From: Thermoplasmatota archaeon
GTDB lineage: Archaea > Thermoplasmatota > E2 > JACPAO01 > JAHFTW01
Assembly: GCA_041601615.1 (NCBI GenBank)
Contig: JBFIHX010000001.1
Location: 352,001-416,000 of the forward strand
Direction of reading: 5' to 3'
DNA: 64,000 bases
Part shown: in pieces, positions 54,090 through 63,933 of the stretch
How the letters are laid out: every line of letters starts with the position of its first letter
Numbering within the stretch: position 1 is the stretch's first letter
The notes under the pieces: model-generated
What the model saw: only the letters and a program-made list of their open reading frames with translations
Told to the model about the DNA's origin: nothing
Database searches by the model: none
Made by a program: the position numbers and the translations under genes

Positions 54090-54300
54090 CCACAACACTC
54101 CCACCTTTCCCCCCTCCCCCCCTCATCCAACTCCTTCTCCGCATCCCCCCTGTCCCCTACTGCCCCTCCGCCTCCACCGTCTCCTCCATCCTCTGCATCT
54201 CCCGCCAACCCCATTCCCATTCACCCAACCCACGAGCCGCACGCCCGGCCATCTCACGCCGCTGCGAAACCTCCTTGCCCCAGCCCCCGCTCGCCGCCGC

Positions 54301-55083
54301 ATGTCCCTCTCCGTACGCAACGACAACGGCGTCGCCATCATCACCCTAGAAAACGGCGAACGGATGAACAGCTTCGACCCCGCATTCCTGCGCCAACTGC
54401 GCACCACCTTCCGAGACCTGCTCGAAGACCCAGCCGTCACCGCCCTCGTACTCACCGGCAACGGCAAGGCATTCTCCGTCGGCGCCGACGTCAGCGGCTT
54501 CCACCAAGCCAACCAAGACGGCACCACCAGCGATTTCATCCTCGCCGCCACCGAACAACTCCACCCCATGCTGCGCGACCTCCACCAAAGCGCCAAACCG
54601 TTCGTCGCCGCCGTCAACGGAGTCGCAGCCGGAGGAGGACTCGGCCTCGCACTCGCCGCCGACGCCCGCATCGGCAGCCCCACGGCCCGCTTTGCCGCCG
54701 GTTACTTCGGCATCGGCGCCAGCCCCGACGGCGGCAGCACATGGTTCCTGCCCCGCCTCATCGGATTTGCCCGCACGAAGCGATTTTTCTTGGACAACCA
54801 AGTCATGGACGCCGACACCGCCCACAACCTCGGCCTCCTCGACGAAATCGTTGCCCCCGAGAACTTGCTGGAAACCGCCGTGGCGCTGGCGCGCCGCTGG
54901 AGCCAATGGGCACCCCACAGCATCGAAAGCACCAAACGCCTCCTCGAAAACAGCCTCCAAAGCGACCTAGCCACCCAACTCGACCTCGAACGAGGCCTCA
55001 TCGGCGCCGCCGGAGGCACCGCAGATTTCCGCGAAGGAGTCGCCGCATTCGTCGAAAAACGCAAGCCCAAATTCGGCCCTTGA
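54301..55083 (+). CDS. Enoyl-CoA hydratase/isomerase (PaaG-like)
   Basis: AFSVGADV, AVNGVAAGGG, SPDGGSTWFLPRLIG and DFREGVAAFVEKRKPKF. Confidence 0.92.
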   Translation: MSLSVRNDNGVAIITLENGERMNSFDPAFLRQLRTTFRDLLEDPAVTALVLTGNGKAFSVGADVSGFHQANQDGTTSDFILAATEQLHPMLRDLHQSAKPFVAAVNGVAAGGGLGLALAADARIGSPTARFAAGYFGIGASPDGGSTWFLPRLIGFARTKRFFLDNQVMDADTAHNLGLLDEIVAPENLLETAVALARRWSQWAPHSIESTKRLLENSLQSDLATQLDLERGLIGAAGGTADFREGVAAFVEKRKPKFGP

Positions 55084-55163
55084 TGCCCAAAATAGGTCAA
55101 TCAGGCCCAATTTTCGCGGCCCCACGTGCGTGCTCATAAGTAGGATGGAGGGTCGGAACCCCC

Positions 55164-56639
55164 ATGGACGCCCGAACCACCCTCAGACGCCGCGTCGGCG
55201 ACACTCCGATTCTCAAGGCCCCCCACCTGGCCGCAGCCACGGGCCTCCACAACCTACGCCTCAAAATGGAAGGCGCCAACCCCACCGGCACCCAAAAAGA
55301 CCGCATCGCACGCCTTGAACTAGGAGACGCCGCCGCCCACGGCGCCAAAGGCGTCAGCGTCGGATCATGCGGCAACTTCGGCGTCGCCATGGCCCACGCC
55401 GCCTACGTCCACGACCTCGAATGCCACGTCTTCGTGCCCGAAGACTTCCGCGGCGAACGCATCGCACTCATGAAAGACCTCGGCGCCACTGTCCACCGCG
55501 TCCCCGGCGCCTACGAAGACGCCGTGCGCGAAAGCCGCCGCTACTCCGAAGAAAACGAACTCTTCGACGCCAACCCCGGCGGCCCCAACACCCTCCGAAC
55601 CCTCGCCGGCTACAGCCGCATCGCCGAAGAAATCGTCACCCGACTCAAAGCCACCCCCCGCGCCATCGGCGCCCCCGTCGGCAACGGCAGCACCCTCGCC
55701 GGCGTCCACCTCGGATTCCGCACCGCCTGGGCCCAAGGCCGCGCCAAAGACATGCCCATCTTCTTTGCCGGCAGCAGCCAAGGCCAAAACCCCGTCCTCA
55801 CCAGCTTCTCACGCCAACAAGAACGCTGCAGCCCCCTCGACCCCCGCGCCATCACCGAAACCGAAGTCAACGAACCCCTCGTCAACTGGGACGCCCTCGA
55901 CGGAACCGCCTGCCTCACCGCCATCCAAGACAGCCGCGGCCAAGCCTACGGATTCACCGACGAAGAACTGCTAACCCTCCACACCGCACTCCTCGAAGAC
56001 GGCATCGACGCCCACCCCGCAAGCCTTGCCGCCGTGGCCGCACTCCAGCAAGCGCTGCGCGACGGCCACATCCAAGCCGACGATTTGGTGGTCGCCGTCC
56101 TCACAAGTGGCCGCCCCCAAACCCACGTCGAACAAATCACCCAACCCGAGGACCTCGACGCCTTCATCAAGGGCCTTCAGACCAACCTCGGGCGCTTTGG
56201 CGACCCCAGCAACGAAATGCGCCAAGCCATCCAAGCCGCCTTCACCGACGGCTTCGTCCTCCAAGCCCTCGACCACGAAGGCGTCCTCGGCCACACCATC
56301 CTCACCCCGATGGAACTGTCCGAATTCTTCCCCCGCTACCACCTCAGCTACATCGCCGTGGACCCACGCGCACGCGGCCGAGGCGTCGGAAGCATCCTCC
56401 TCGAAGAAGCGATCCGTGTCACCGACGGAGACGTCAGCCTCCACGTCGACACCGACAACGAAAGCGCCATTCGACTCTACGAGAAATTCGGCTTCCAGAA
56501 AAAATACTACCGCATGCTCTACAAGGGCGCCCGCGCCGCCCAAGTGGACCCCTCCGCCGGCAGCGGCTGGCACGAATCCAACGCCGATCCCACTGAATCC
56601 ACGCTCACGAAGGATCCGCCGCGTACAATTCCGGTCTAA
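55164..56639 (+). CDS. Threonine synthase-like PLP enzyme fused to a GNAT acetyltransferase
   Basis: KMEGANPTGTQKDR, SCGNFG and PVGNGST; C-terminal VDPRARGRGVG..NESAIRLYEKFGF. Confidence 0.85.
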   Translation: MDARTTLRRRVGDTPILKAPHLAAATGLHNLRLKMEGANPTGTQKDRIARLELGDAAAHGAKGVSVGSCGNFGVAMAHAAYVHDLECHVFVPEDFRGERIALMKDLGATVHRVPGAYEDAVRESRRYSEENELFDANPGGPNTLRTLAGYSRIAEEIVTRLKATPRAIGAPVGNGSTLAGVHLGFRTAWAQGRAKDMPIFFAGSSQGQNPVLTSFSRQQERCSPLDPRAITETEVNEPLVNWDALDGTACLTAIQDSRGQAYGFTDEELLTLHTALLEDGIDAHPASLAAVAALQQALRDGHIQADDLVVAVLTSGRPQTHVEQITQPEDLDAFIKGLQTNLGRFGDPSNEMRQAIQAAFTDGFVLQALDHEGVLGHTILTPMELSEFFPRYHLSYIAVDPRARGRGVGSILLEEAIRVTDGDVSLHVDTDNESAIRLYEKFGFQKKYYRMLYKGARAAQVDPSAGSGWHESNADPTESTLTKDPPRTIPV

Positions 56640-57594
56640 CCCGAGGAACGAACGCCATCAACACCGCGGCCCCCGTAAGCGCCGTGCGATCCATCAAGCC
56701 ATCCAGTAGGTACCCAATCGCCCCAGTCGTGCCGCCAATGCGCGGATCGCCCGCCACGGGGCCCAAAATGTCGCTGATCATCTCTCCGGCCTCCGCGCGC
56801 CGCCGCACCCAATCCGGGTAATGGAACCCAGGGCCCCAACCCACGGTTTCGCCCCCGTTTCGATCCACCACCACGCACGCCTGCACATCCACCGCCGCGT
56901 CGTCGCCCGGAAACTGCACGAGCCCCGCTTCCACACCCACCGCGTAATCAGCATCCGGCACCGCAGTCAACGCCGCCCGCGCCCGATTTTTCGCCCCCGC
57001 CAACGTGGCCGCGCCCTGCGGCTGCTCGGAAACACCCGACGGCACCGACACGCCACGAATCTGCACAGCACCCTCGAGCACACGCACCACTTCCGCTTCC
57101 ACCGCCGCAACCTTCACCGGATTCTCACTCCCAACCACCACCAAAACAGGCCGAAGCCGAGCTCCCATGCGGTCGATGCGGCCCTCCGCGACCGCCGTGG
57201 CACTGACAGGAAGCCGATCCTCACCCAGCACATGCGGCACCAAACGCACCGCCAGCCGAGCCAAACCCGCCGCCGCTCGCGATGCATTGATGCGCTCGGC
57301 ACTCTGGGCCGTCTCAGGGCTCGCCACAATCACATCGAAAGGCTCCGTCGCCGCCGGACCCGCCGCATCACGAAGCGCCTCGACGCGCACCTCGCCTTGA
57401 AAATCGAGAGAACCCAGAAAAGCACGCACCGCCTTTGCGCGCTCGCTCCAATCAGGCACCACGCGATTGCGCGCGGCAAGCGGTCCATCCGTGACACCCA
57501 CAAACACCTCGCCCGCCCCCTCCACCGCAGCCCGCAACAACGCCTCATGGCCCACATGGAACGGATGGAACGTGCCACCCAGACACACACGCAT
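56605..57594 (-). CDS. coaD: Bifunctional phosphopantetheine adenylyltransferase / YjjX-like inosine-xanthosine triphosphatase
   Basis: GGTFHPFHVGH, VASPET and VSATAV, then GSENPVKV, SGVSEQP, GAKNRA, GVEAG and GAIGYL. This fusion is known from Thermoplasmata. Confidence 0.9.
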   Translation of the reverse strand: MRVCLGGTFHPFHVGHEALLRAAVEGAGEVFVGVTDGPLAARNRVVPDWSERAKAVRAFLGSLDFQGEVRVEALRDAAGPAATEPFDVIVASPETAQSAERINASRAAAGLARLAVRLVPHVLGEDRLPVSATAVAEGRIDRMGARLRPVLVVVGSENPVKVAAVEAEVVRVLEGAVQIRGVSVPSGVSEQPQGAATLAGAKNRARAALTAVPDADYAVGVEAGLVQFPGDDAAVDVQACVVVDRNGGETVGWGPGFHYPDWVRRRAEAGEMISDILGPVAGDPRIGGTTGAIGYLLDGLMDRTALTGAAVLMAFVPRVRPELYAADPS

Positions 57595-57670
57595 ACACCG
57601 CCCAGCGGCCAAGTCTGGAAAGCCGAACCGGTGCGCAACGTTTCAAGCACCCCCGACAGTCAAGGGCCCG

Positions 57671-58474
57671 ATGAAGTACCGCCTCGCCGTCATCGGATGC
57701 GGCAACATGGGCCAAGCAATCGTACGCGGCCTCCTGCGTGAACACTGGGCCGAACCCAGTGAAATCATCGCCACCAACCCCAGCACCGAAAAGACCCACG
57801 CGCTTGCCACCGAACTCGGCATCAGCGTCAGCACCGACAACGCGCTCGCCGCACGCGACGCCGAAGTGGTCCTACTGGGCGTCAAACCACAAATCATCAA
57901 AGGTGCACTCAAAGACCTGCGCGGCGTCGTCAAACCAGGCCAACTCGTCATCAGCATCGCAGCCGGCATCAGCACTCGCTTCATCGAATACTACACCGAA
58001 AACGCCCCCGTAGTACGCGCCATGCCCAACCTCGCCGTCACCGTCGGCATGGGCGCCACCGCCATTTGCCCCGGCACCCTCTGCACACCCGAGCACCTCG
58101 CCACCGCGGACGGCATCTTCACCAGCGTCGGAACCGTAGAACACGTCCACGAAAGCCTCATGGACGCCGTTACAGGCCTCAGCGGCACCGGCCCCATGTA
58201 CATCTTCCACGTCATCGAAGCACTCAGCGACGCAGGCGTCAAAATGGGCCTGCCACGAGAAACCGCCACGCGACTAGCAACCCAAACCGTCCGAGGCAGC
58301 GCCCGGCTCGTCCAAGAGTCCGGAGAACACCCCGCCGCCCTACGCGACTCCGTCACAAGCCCCGGAGGAACCGCCATCACCGCCCTGCATGTCCTTCGCA
58401 AGCAAGCCTTCGCAGCGATCTTGATGGACGCGGTGGAAGCAGCAACAAGGCGAAGCGCGGAACTCGGAGAATAG
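57671..58474 (+). CDS. proC: Pyrroline-5-carboxylate reductase
   Basis: IGCGNMG, VKPQ, RAMPN, TGLSGTGP and VTSPGGT. Confidence 0.95.
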   Translation: MKYRLAVIGCGNMGQAIVRGLLREHWAEPSEIIATNPSTEKTHALATELGISVSTDNALAARDAEVVLLGVKPQIIKGALKDLRGVVKPGQLVISIAAGISTRFIEYYTENAPVVRAMPNLAVTVGMGATAICPGTLCTPEHLATADGIFTSVGTVEHVHESLMDAVTGLSGTGPMYIFHVIEALSDAGVKMGLPRETATRLATQTVRGSARLVQESGEHPAALRDSVTSPGGTAITALHVLRKQAFAAILMDAVEAATRRSAELGE

Positions 58475-58689
58475 ACCGTTGCAAGGCCAAGCAGAAAAAG
58501 AAGGAGAACACGGGCCAGGACTTCGTTCAAGGCGCTTGGGACCGCGGTGCGACAAGGCCCCAAATCGCCCGACGCGTCACGAATGTCAAATCGGGTGAAT
58601 TCTGCAGCCCGGAACATTCACAAACGACGGGTGGGTCGCACGCCTGTCCGCCCTGGCTTTTCTTCGAGAACCGAGGGTTTGATCGTCTC

Positions 58690-58761
58690 GCCGACGTGGC
58701 TTAGCGGTATAGCAGCTGTCTTGTAAACAGCAGGTCGAGGGTTCAAATCCCTCCGTCGGCT
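58690..58761 (+). tRNA. tRNA-Thr(TGT), CCA not encoded
   Basis: Acceptor GCCGACG/CGTCGGC, anticodon arm GCTGT-CTTGTAA-ACAGC and T arm GAGGG-TTCAAAT-CCCTC. Confidence 0.95.
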
Positions 58762-58800
58762 CTTCTTCTTCCCCCTCGGGGCCTCGATTGCAAACTGAAA

Positions 58801-59109
58801 TCAGATCTGCATCGAGATTGTCTTGGACCAGTCTACGCCCGTCTCCTGCGAGCCGCCGCTGTAGGTCTGGACGCTGCCGCCGGAGGTTACTTTGACCTCG
58901 TATCGGCCGGGGCCGCCCCAGTTGACACCAATCATGGTCAGGTCGTAGGTTCCGGGAGCCAGGACCGCATCCGGGTAGACCGTGATGTCCACGGGCTTGT
59001 TGTAGCCGGACTTGTAGTGCAAGAGGGTCGAGCTACCGGCCGGGGTGGACGCGATGAGCATGATTTCGTTGTCAGCGGCAGTAACTTGGATTTGGGTGGT
59101 TTTCGACAT
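58801..59109 (-). CDS. Hypothetical small beta-rich protein
   Basis: 102-aa ORF with GGAG upstream and an AT-rich promoter (TTATATA at ~59190). Confidence 0.7.
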   Translation of the reverse strand: MSKTTQIQVTAADNEIMLIASTPAGSSTLLHYKSGYNKPVDITVYPDAVLAPGTYDLTMIGVNWGGPGRYEVKVTSGGSVQTYSGGSQETGVDWSKTISMQI

Positions 59110-59373
59110 ATCAGTGTACTCCTTGGTTTACTTTCTATTGGGACATCGTTGTTTCCCAACAGTGAACTTTGGCGAGATAGATACAATATATAATTATGGC
59201 GTGTTGATTTCATCAACTTTGAAACATCAACCCCCAACGATGTAGCTTCCCTGGCCGCCCCTGCCACCTTCTTGAGCCTGAAACCCTCAACACAACCCGC
59301 ATCCTTCGTAGCGCTCATATAGGGGGTCTGGGTCGGCGGACTTGCGCAGCGCCTCGGTACTGCATCACCCGCC

Positions 59374-59445
59374 GCCGCTGTGGCTTAGAGGTATAGCGGC
59401 TCCTTGGTAAGGAGCAGGTCGCGTGTTCAATTCACGCCAGCGGCT
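59374..59445 (+). tRNA. tRNA-Thr(GGT), CCA not encoded
   Basis: Acceptor GCCGCTG/CAGCGGC, anticodon arm GCTCC-TTGGTAA-GGAGC and T arm GCGTG-TTCAATT-CACGC; followed by an oligo-T tract. Confidence 0.95.
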
Positions 59446-59595
59446 TTTCTTTTCCCTTTTTTGACGACCCGGACCACGTTGGTTTCGGGGGCGATTGATG
59501 GCCGATTTTTTTGGGTCCGGGCATCTCCGCCCAACCGTTGGGTAAGGCGATTGACTAAACGCTTATGTCGACGCCGCAAATGGTTCCCAACAACC

Positions 59596-59973
59596 ATGGT
59601 AGCTTCGATCGACGAGATGTTTCAGGTCATCCAGTCGAACCCGTTCATCGACGGCATCGGCTACTTCGTGGAGATCACCACCCAGAAGGAAGTCCCCCAA
59701 GCGGGCTTAGAAACGCTCACCGAGAAGATGCAGCAGAATTTCTGCGACCACTCCCAAGCGACTCTTGAGGGCGAAAACGTCCTAGGGCTGGATTTCCACG
59801 AGCACATCCTGACCCAAGGCGAGGACGCCGACTACTTCATGCAGGCCTTGGAAGGAATGCTGCGCGAAGTGGAGATGCTGTACGGCATCGAACACTTGTG
59901 CATGGAGTTCCAATTCGATTTCAGCCGCGCCAAGGCTGCCCGCGTCCAAATCGACGAATTGCTACAGCCGTAG
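59596..59973 (+). CDS. Hypothetical acidic protein
   Basis: MVASIDEMFQVIQSNPFIDGIG...; host-like codon usage. Confidence 0.7.
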   Translation: MVASIDEMFQVIQSNPFIDGIGYFVEITTQKEVPQAGLETLTEKMQQNFCDHSQATLEGENVLGLDFHEHILTQGEDADYFMQALEGMLREVEMLYGIEHLCMEFQFDFSRAKAARVQIDELLQP

Positions 59974-60044
59974 ACCGCTCGGCCCTTTATCGGCAACTTG
60001 CCCCGACGGCTGGGCCTGGCCTCCTGGGACCGGACCTGCTCGGA

Positions 60045-60371
60045 TTAGTTGAACAAACCAACCAGAAACTGCACGCCGATCCATAGGATCCAGGCCACGA
60101 AACCAATCCCCGCGCCCGCAAGCCAGCGCGCACGGTAGACAAGCGCCGCAACGAGCGCCCACGCAGCAAGCGCCAGGAGACTGCCGAGCCAGCCAAATCC
60201 GGCGCCAAGCAACACGAGGCCCGCCAACAAGTTGCCAAGGAAAGCCACGACAATCGCTTGCAAGTAGCGGCCGTGCCCGGTGACAATCTTGGCAGCCACA
60301 TGCACAAACAGCGCGGTGATCAAAAGCGAGATGACGCCGCCGATGAGCGCGTCGGAAATTTGGAACTCCAT
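60045..60371 (-). CDS. Small membrane protein (about four TM helices)
   Basis: Hydrophobic ORF throughout. Confidence 0.75.
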   Translation of the reverse strand: MEFQISDALIGGVISLLITALFVHVAAKIVTGHGRYLQAIVVAFLGNLLAGLVLLGAGFGWLGSLLALAAWALVAALVYRARWLAGAGIGFVAWILWIGVQFLVGLFN

Positions 60372-60477
60372 GCACTAGGTTCTATCTTCGTGAGGGATGA
60401 AACTTCCGAGTCGAACCAGACGCACACGCACGGCTCGTGTGGGAACCGTCTTCTCCCGCCAGCGCTGAAGCCCCTTC

Positions 60478-62295
60478 GTGGACTCCCTGCGCGACCGCGT
60501 CGCCCGTCTGCCCCGCTCTCCGGGGGTCTACCAGTGGCTCGGCGCCGACGGCGGCGTATTGTACGTGGGCAAAGCGAAGGACTTGCGATCGCGCACGATG
60601 CAGTACATCCAGGACGGCGCGCACAAACCCGAGATGATGGAGCACGCCCGCGACATCGCCTTCATTGCCGTCCGCACGAACAAGGAAGCGCTTCTGCTGG
60701 AGCAGACACTCATCAAGCGCCACAAACCGCGCTACAACGTTCGCCTCACAGACGACAAGCAGTATCCATACCTCAAACTCACCTCCGGCCCCTGGCCGCG
60801 CCTTCTCAAGACGCACCGACGCCTCGACGATGGCGCCACCTACTTTGGCCCCTTCCCTGACGGCTATGGCGCATACCATGTCCTGCATGTGCTGAACGAC
60901 TTGTTTCCGTTGCGCCGCTGCAAGACCGTGCCGACCCAGAAGTGCCTCTACTACGACATCGGCAAGTGCATCGCGCCCTGCATCGACGCCTGCACCCCCG
61001 ACGAATACGCCACCGTCGTTGCCGAAATCAAGGACGTTCTGAAAGGCCGCAGCAAAAATCTCCTGCGTCGCGTCAAAGCCGACATGGAAACAGCCGCCGC
61101 GAGCCATCGCTTCGAGGACGCAGCCAGGCTTCGCGACCAACTGCGCGGACTCGAAGGAGTGCTCGAAAAGCAACACATGGTCCAAGACCGCCTCCAGGAC
61201 CGCGACGTTGCCGCCATCGAAGCACGCGGAGATCTCGGTGTCGTCAGTCTCCTGCACCAGCGCGACGGCAAAATCGTCGGCCAAAGCCTGTTCACCGTCC
61301 ACGTTGCCGACGAAACGCCCGAAGAAGCGCTCGCCGATTTCCTGCGCGGACACTACACGGACCGCCCTGTGCCGCGCCATGTGGCTGCACTGCTTGCCGA
61401 ATCCGAAGGGCCCGTCCTTGAAATGGACTTGCGCACCCTCGCCGGCCACGCCGTGACGGTGGAAGTTCCTCAGCGCGGTGAGAAAATGCGTTGGCTAGAC
61501 GTAGCAGGCACCAACGCTCGTCTGCGCCTCGAAGAAGAAAGCCTGCGCCGCCAGCGACGTGGCATGGGCGCCGTGGAAGCACTGCAAGCGGCCCTAGGCC
61601 TCGCGGAACTCCCCCGCGTCATCGAAGGATTCGACGTCAGCCACCAGGCCGGCCACCACACCCGTGCTGCGATGGTCCGTTTCGTGGATGGCGAGCCCGA
61701 CAAGAAGGGCTACCGCACGTTTGGAATGAAATCGGTGGGAGAGGACGCCATCGCCAAGGGCCAGACCGTGCGCAAGTACGGCGCGGGCCGGGAAGTGGAC
61801 GACTTTGCCAGCATGGAAGAAGCTGTCAGTCGCCGCTTCCGTGGCCTCGTGGAGCGCGAGGAGCCCTTCCCGGATCTGGTGCTCATCGACGGCGGACCCG
61901 GACAACTCGGAGCAGCAAGGCGGGCCATGGCAGAGCAAGGAGCCGCGCACGTGGCCGTGTGCAGCCTCGCCAAGCAAGACGAAGAAGTGTTCTTGCCGAA
62001 GCGATTGCACCCAGTGAAGCTACGGCGGGACGACATTGGATTGCAATTGCTTCAGAGGGTACGCGACGAATCGCACCGCTTCGGCATCACCCAGGTGCGC
62101 AAGAAGGCCGTCGCAAGCGTCGTGTCTGGGCCACTGGATGAGGTCAAGGGCATCGGGCCGAAGCGCCGGGCGGAGTTGATCAAGGCGTTTGGAGGATTGG
62201 AAGGGCTGAGGGCGGCGAGTGTGGAGGATTTGGCGAAGTTTCCGGGAATAAGCGAGGCACTGGCTAGGCGCGTTGTTGCGGTGTTAAATTCATAG
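60478..62295 (+). CDS. uvrC: Excinuclease ABC subunit C
   Basis: GIY-YIG PGVYQW..LYVGKAKDLRSR, UVR FEDAARLRD, IEGFDVSH, DLVLIDGG, RDESHRF and HhH GIGPKR. Confidence 0.96.
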   Translation: MDSLRDRVARLPRSPGVYQWLGADGGVLYVGKAKDLRSRTMQYIQDGAHKPEMMEHARDIAFIAVRTNKEALLLEQTLIKRHKPRYNVRLTDDKQYPYLKLTSGPWPRLLKTHRRLDDGATYFGPFPDGYGAYHVLHVLNDLFPLRRCKTVPTQKCLYYDIGKCIAPCIDACTPDEYATVVAEIKDVLKGRSKNLLRRVKADMETAAASHRFEDAARLRDQLRGLEGVLEKQHMVQDRLQDRDVAAIEARGDLGVVSLLHQRDGKIVGQSLFTVHVADETPEEALADFLRGHYTDRPVPRHVAALLAESEGPVLEMDLRTLAGHAVTVEVPQRGEKMRWLDVAGTNARLRLEEESLRRQRRGMGAVEALQAALGLAELPRVIEGFDVSHQAGHHTRAAMVRFVDGEPDKKGYRTFGMKSVGEDAIAKGQTVRKYGAGREVDDFASMEEAVSRRFRGLVEREEPFPDLVLIDGGPGQLGAARRAMAEQGAAHVAVCSLAKQDEEVFLPKRLHPVKLRRDDIGLQLLQRVRDESHRFGITQVRKKAVASVVSGPLDEVKGIGPKRRAELIKAFGGLEGLRAASVEDLAKFPGISEALARRVVAVLNS

Positions 62296-62385
62296 TGGTG
62301 GTAGAGCGCGTGGTAAGTTGCCTAAACCAAATATCAAATTGCAGCAGAGTGTTTTTTATAGCTAGATTGTAGTTAAGAAATATCG

Positions 62386-62955
62386 GTGGCTCGAACTATG
62401 GATCCAGAATTTAAAAAGCTTCAATCAATTCAAATAAAACAGGCATATGAATTCGGGAGCATTCTTACCAAAGAATCTGACCGAGGTTGTGCTTTATTCG
62501 CAGCTGCCTTTCTTGATCAAGCATTATTAGAATACCTGACTAATCGACTTGTTGCTAGTAAGGGAAAAACTCGAGATAGCTTTTACAATGGGACGGGCCC
62601 GCTTGCTACATTTTCAGCTAGAATAAACATGGCTTATTTTCTCGGGGGCATCTCAGCCCCCACAAAATCTGATCTCAACATAATCCGTAAAATAAGGAAT
62701 GAATTTGCTCATTCAGTAGAAGTAAATTCCTTTAATGAGAAAACAATTGCAGATAAATGCAAATCTCTGAAACGTTCATATCACGAATCTGATGTGGAGC
62801 CGCGTATGCATTTTACAGCGGCATCATATGGATTATTGGGAGCAATTAATGGAGCTACATTGATGACTAAAAATGAAAATGAGAAACCATGTGATGCACC
62901 AACGAAGGAAACTAAGAAAGAGTTTAAGAAAATTTTTCATCCCGATTCTGAATGA
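62386..62955 (+). CDS. MtlR/MltR-family protein (HEPN-like RxxxxH) in an AT-rich insertion
   Basis: ESDRGCALFAAAFLD, GPLATFSARI and IRKIRNEFAH. Confidence 0.8.
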   Translation: MARTMDPEFKKLQSIQIKQAYEFGSILTKESDRGCALFAAAFLDQALLEYLTNRLVASKGKTRDSFYNGTGPLATFSARINMAYFLGGISAPTKSDLNIIRKIRNEFAHSVEVNSFNEKTIADKCKSLKRSYHESDVEPRMHFTAASYGLLGAINGATLMTKNENEKPCDAPTKETKKEFKKIFHPDSE

Positions 62956-63144
62956 ATTTACTGATTTTACCAGTTAAAATTTTAATAATGAACTTTCTAG
63001 GGCAAATATTTTATAATTATATAATACTTGGACATTAATTATGATCTATTAACAATTTTGAATTTTTGTTCCCAAGGTTTGCTTGTTTGGCAAACTTGAT
63101 CTATGATATTTCCTGATAATAGAAAAATACCACAAAAAATCTTT

Positions 63145-63933
63145 TTAAACTTTGGTTTCCACATCCAAAAACCGATGCTCCACCCCAAATCGCTCCTTGA
63201 CCCATGCCCCAAGCGCCTGCACTCCGCCGCGCTCCGTCAGGTAATGCCCGCCGGCAACGAAGTGAATCCCCGCCTCCTTGGCCAAGTGATAGACCCCTTC
63301 CGTCGCTTCGCCCGTGACGTAGGCGTCGAGCCCCATGTCGATGGCGTCCTGGACCTGGTAGGGGGCGGCGCCGCTGACGAAGCCGATGGATTCGATCTCC
63401 TGCTTGCCGAAGGGCCAGACTTGGAACGGGCCGGTGTCGACATTGCTGCCGGCGCGTAGGTTTTGCTCGAATCCATTGACCCAGGCACCAAACGCGGTGG
63501 GCCGCTCCAGCAGACCGACGGTGCCGATGGTGGGGCCCTTGTACGCGAAGGCGGGCTCGAAGTCGGTGCAGCCGGCGGCGCGTGCCAGTTCTGCGTTGTT
63601 GCCAAGCGTCGGGTGTGCGTCCAATGGCAAGTGGTAGGTGATGAGATTGAGATCCGCTGCGAGCATGCGGGCGAGTCGGTCGCGTCGCACCCCTTGGACG
63701 TGCAGAGGTTGGTTCTTCCACAAGAGGCCGTGGTGGGTGAGCAGGGCGTCGGCGCCCCACGCAATCGCGGCGTCGATGCTTTCGCGGCTGACGCTGACGG
63801 CGGTCGCCACGCGGTGAATCTCTTGCTTGCCTTCGATTTGCAGGCCGTTGTGTTGGCCGTCGCTGAATTCGCCAGCACGCAGTTCCGCGTCGAGGGCGGC
63901 CACCAGATCCCGCGTCAAGGCCGGCGGAGTCAT
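63145..63933 (-). CDS. NIF3/YbgI family dinuclear metal-centre protein
   Basis: NGLQIEG, THHGLLW, YHLPLDAHP..GNN and AGGHYLTE. Confidence 0.93.
   Translation of the reverse strand: MTPPALTRDLVAALDAELRAGEFSDGQHNGLQIEGKQEIHRVATAVSVSRESIDAAIAWGADALLTHHGLLWKNQPLHVQGVRRDRLARMLAADLNLITYHLPLDAHPTLGNNAELARAAGCTDFEPAFAYKGPTIGTVGLLERPTAFGAWVNGFEQNLRAGSNVDTGPFQVWPFGKQEIESIGFVSGAAPYQVQDAIDMGLDAYVTGEATEGVYHLAKEAGIHFVAGGHYLTERGGVQALGAWVKERFGVEHRFLDVETKV

Noticed and set aside
54090-54300. Extremely C/T-rich intergenic tract as a possible ncRNA
   Set aside because: It shows no evident pairing potential and fits the local C-rich strand bias and pyrimidine-rich terminators.
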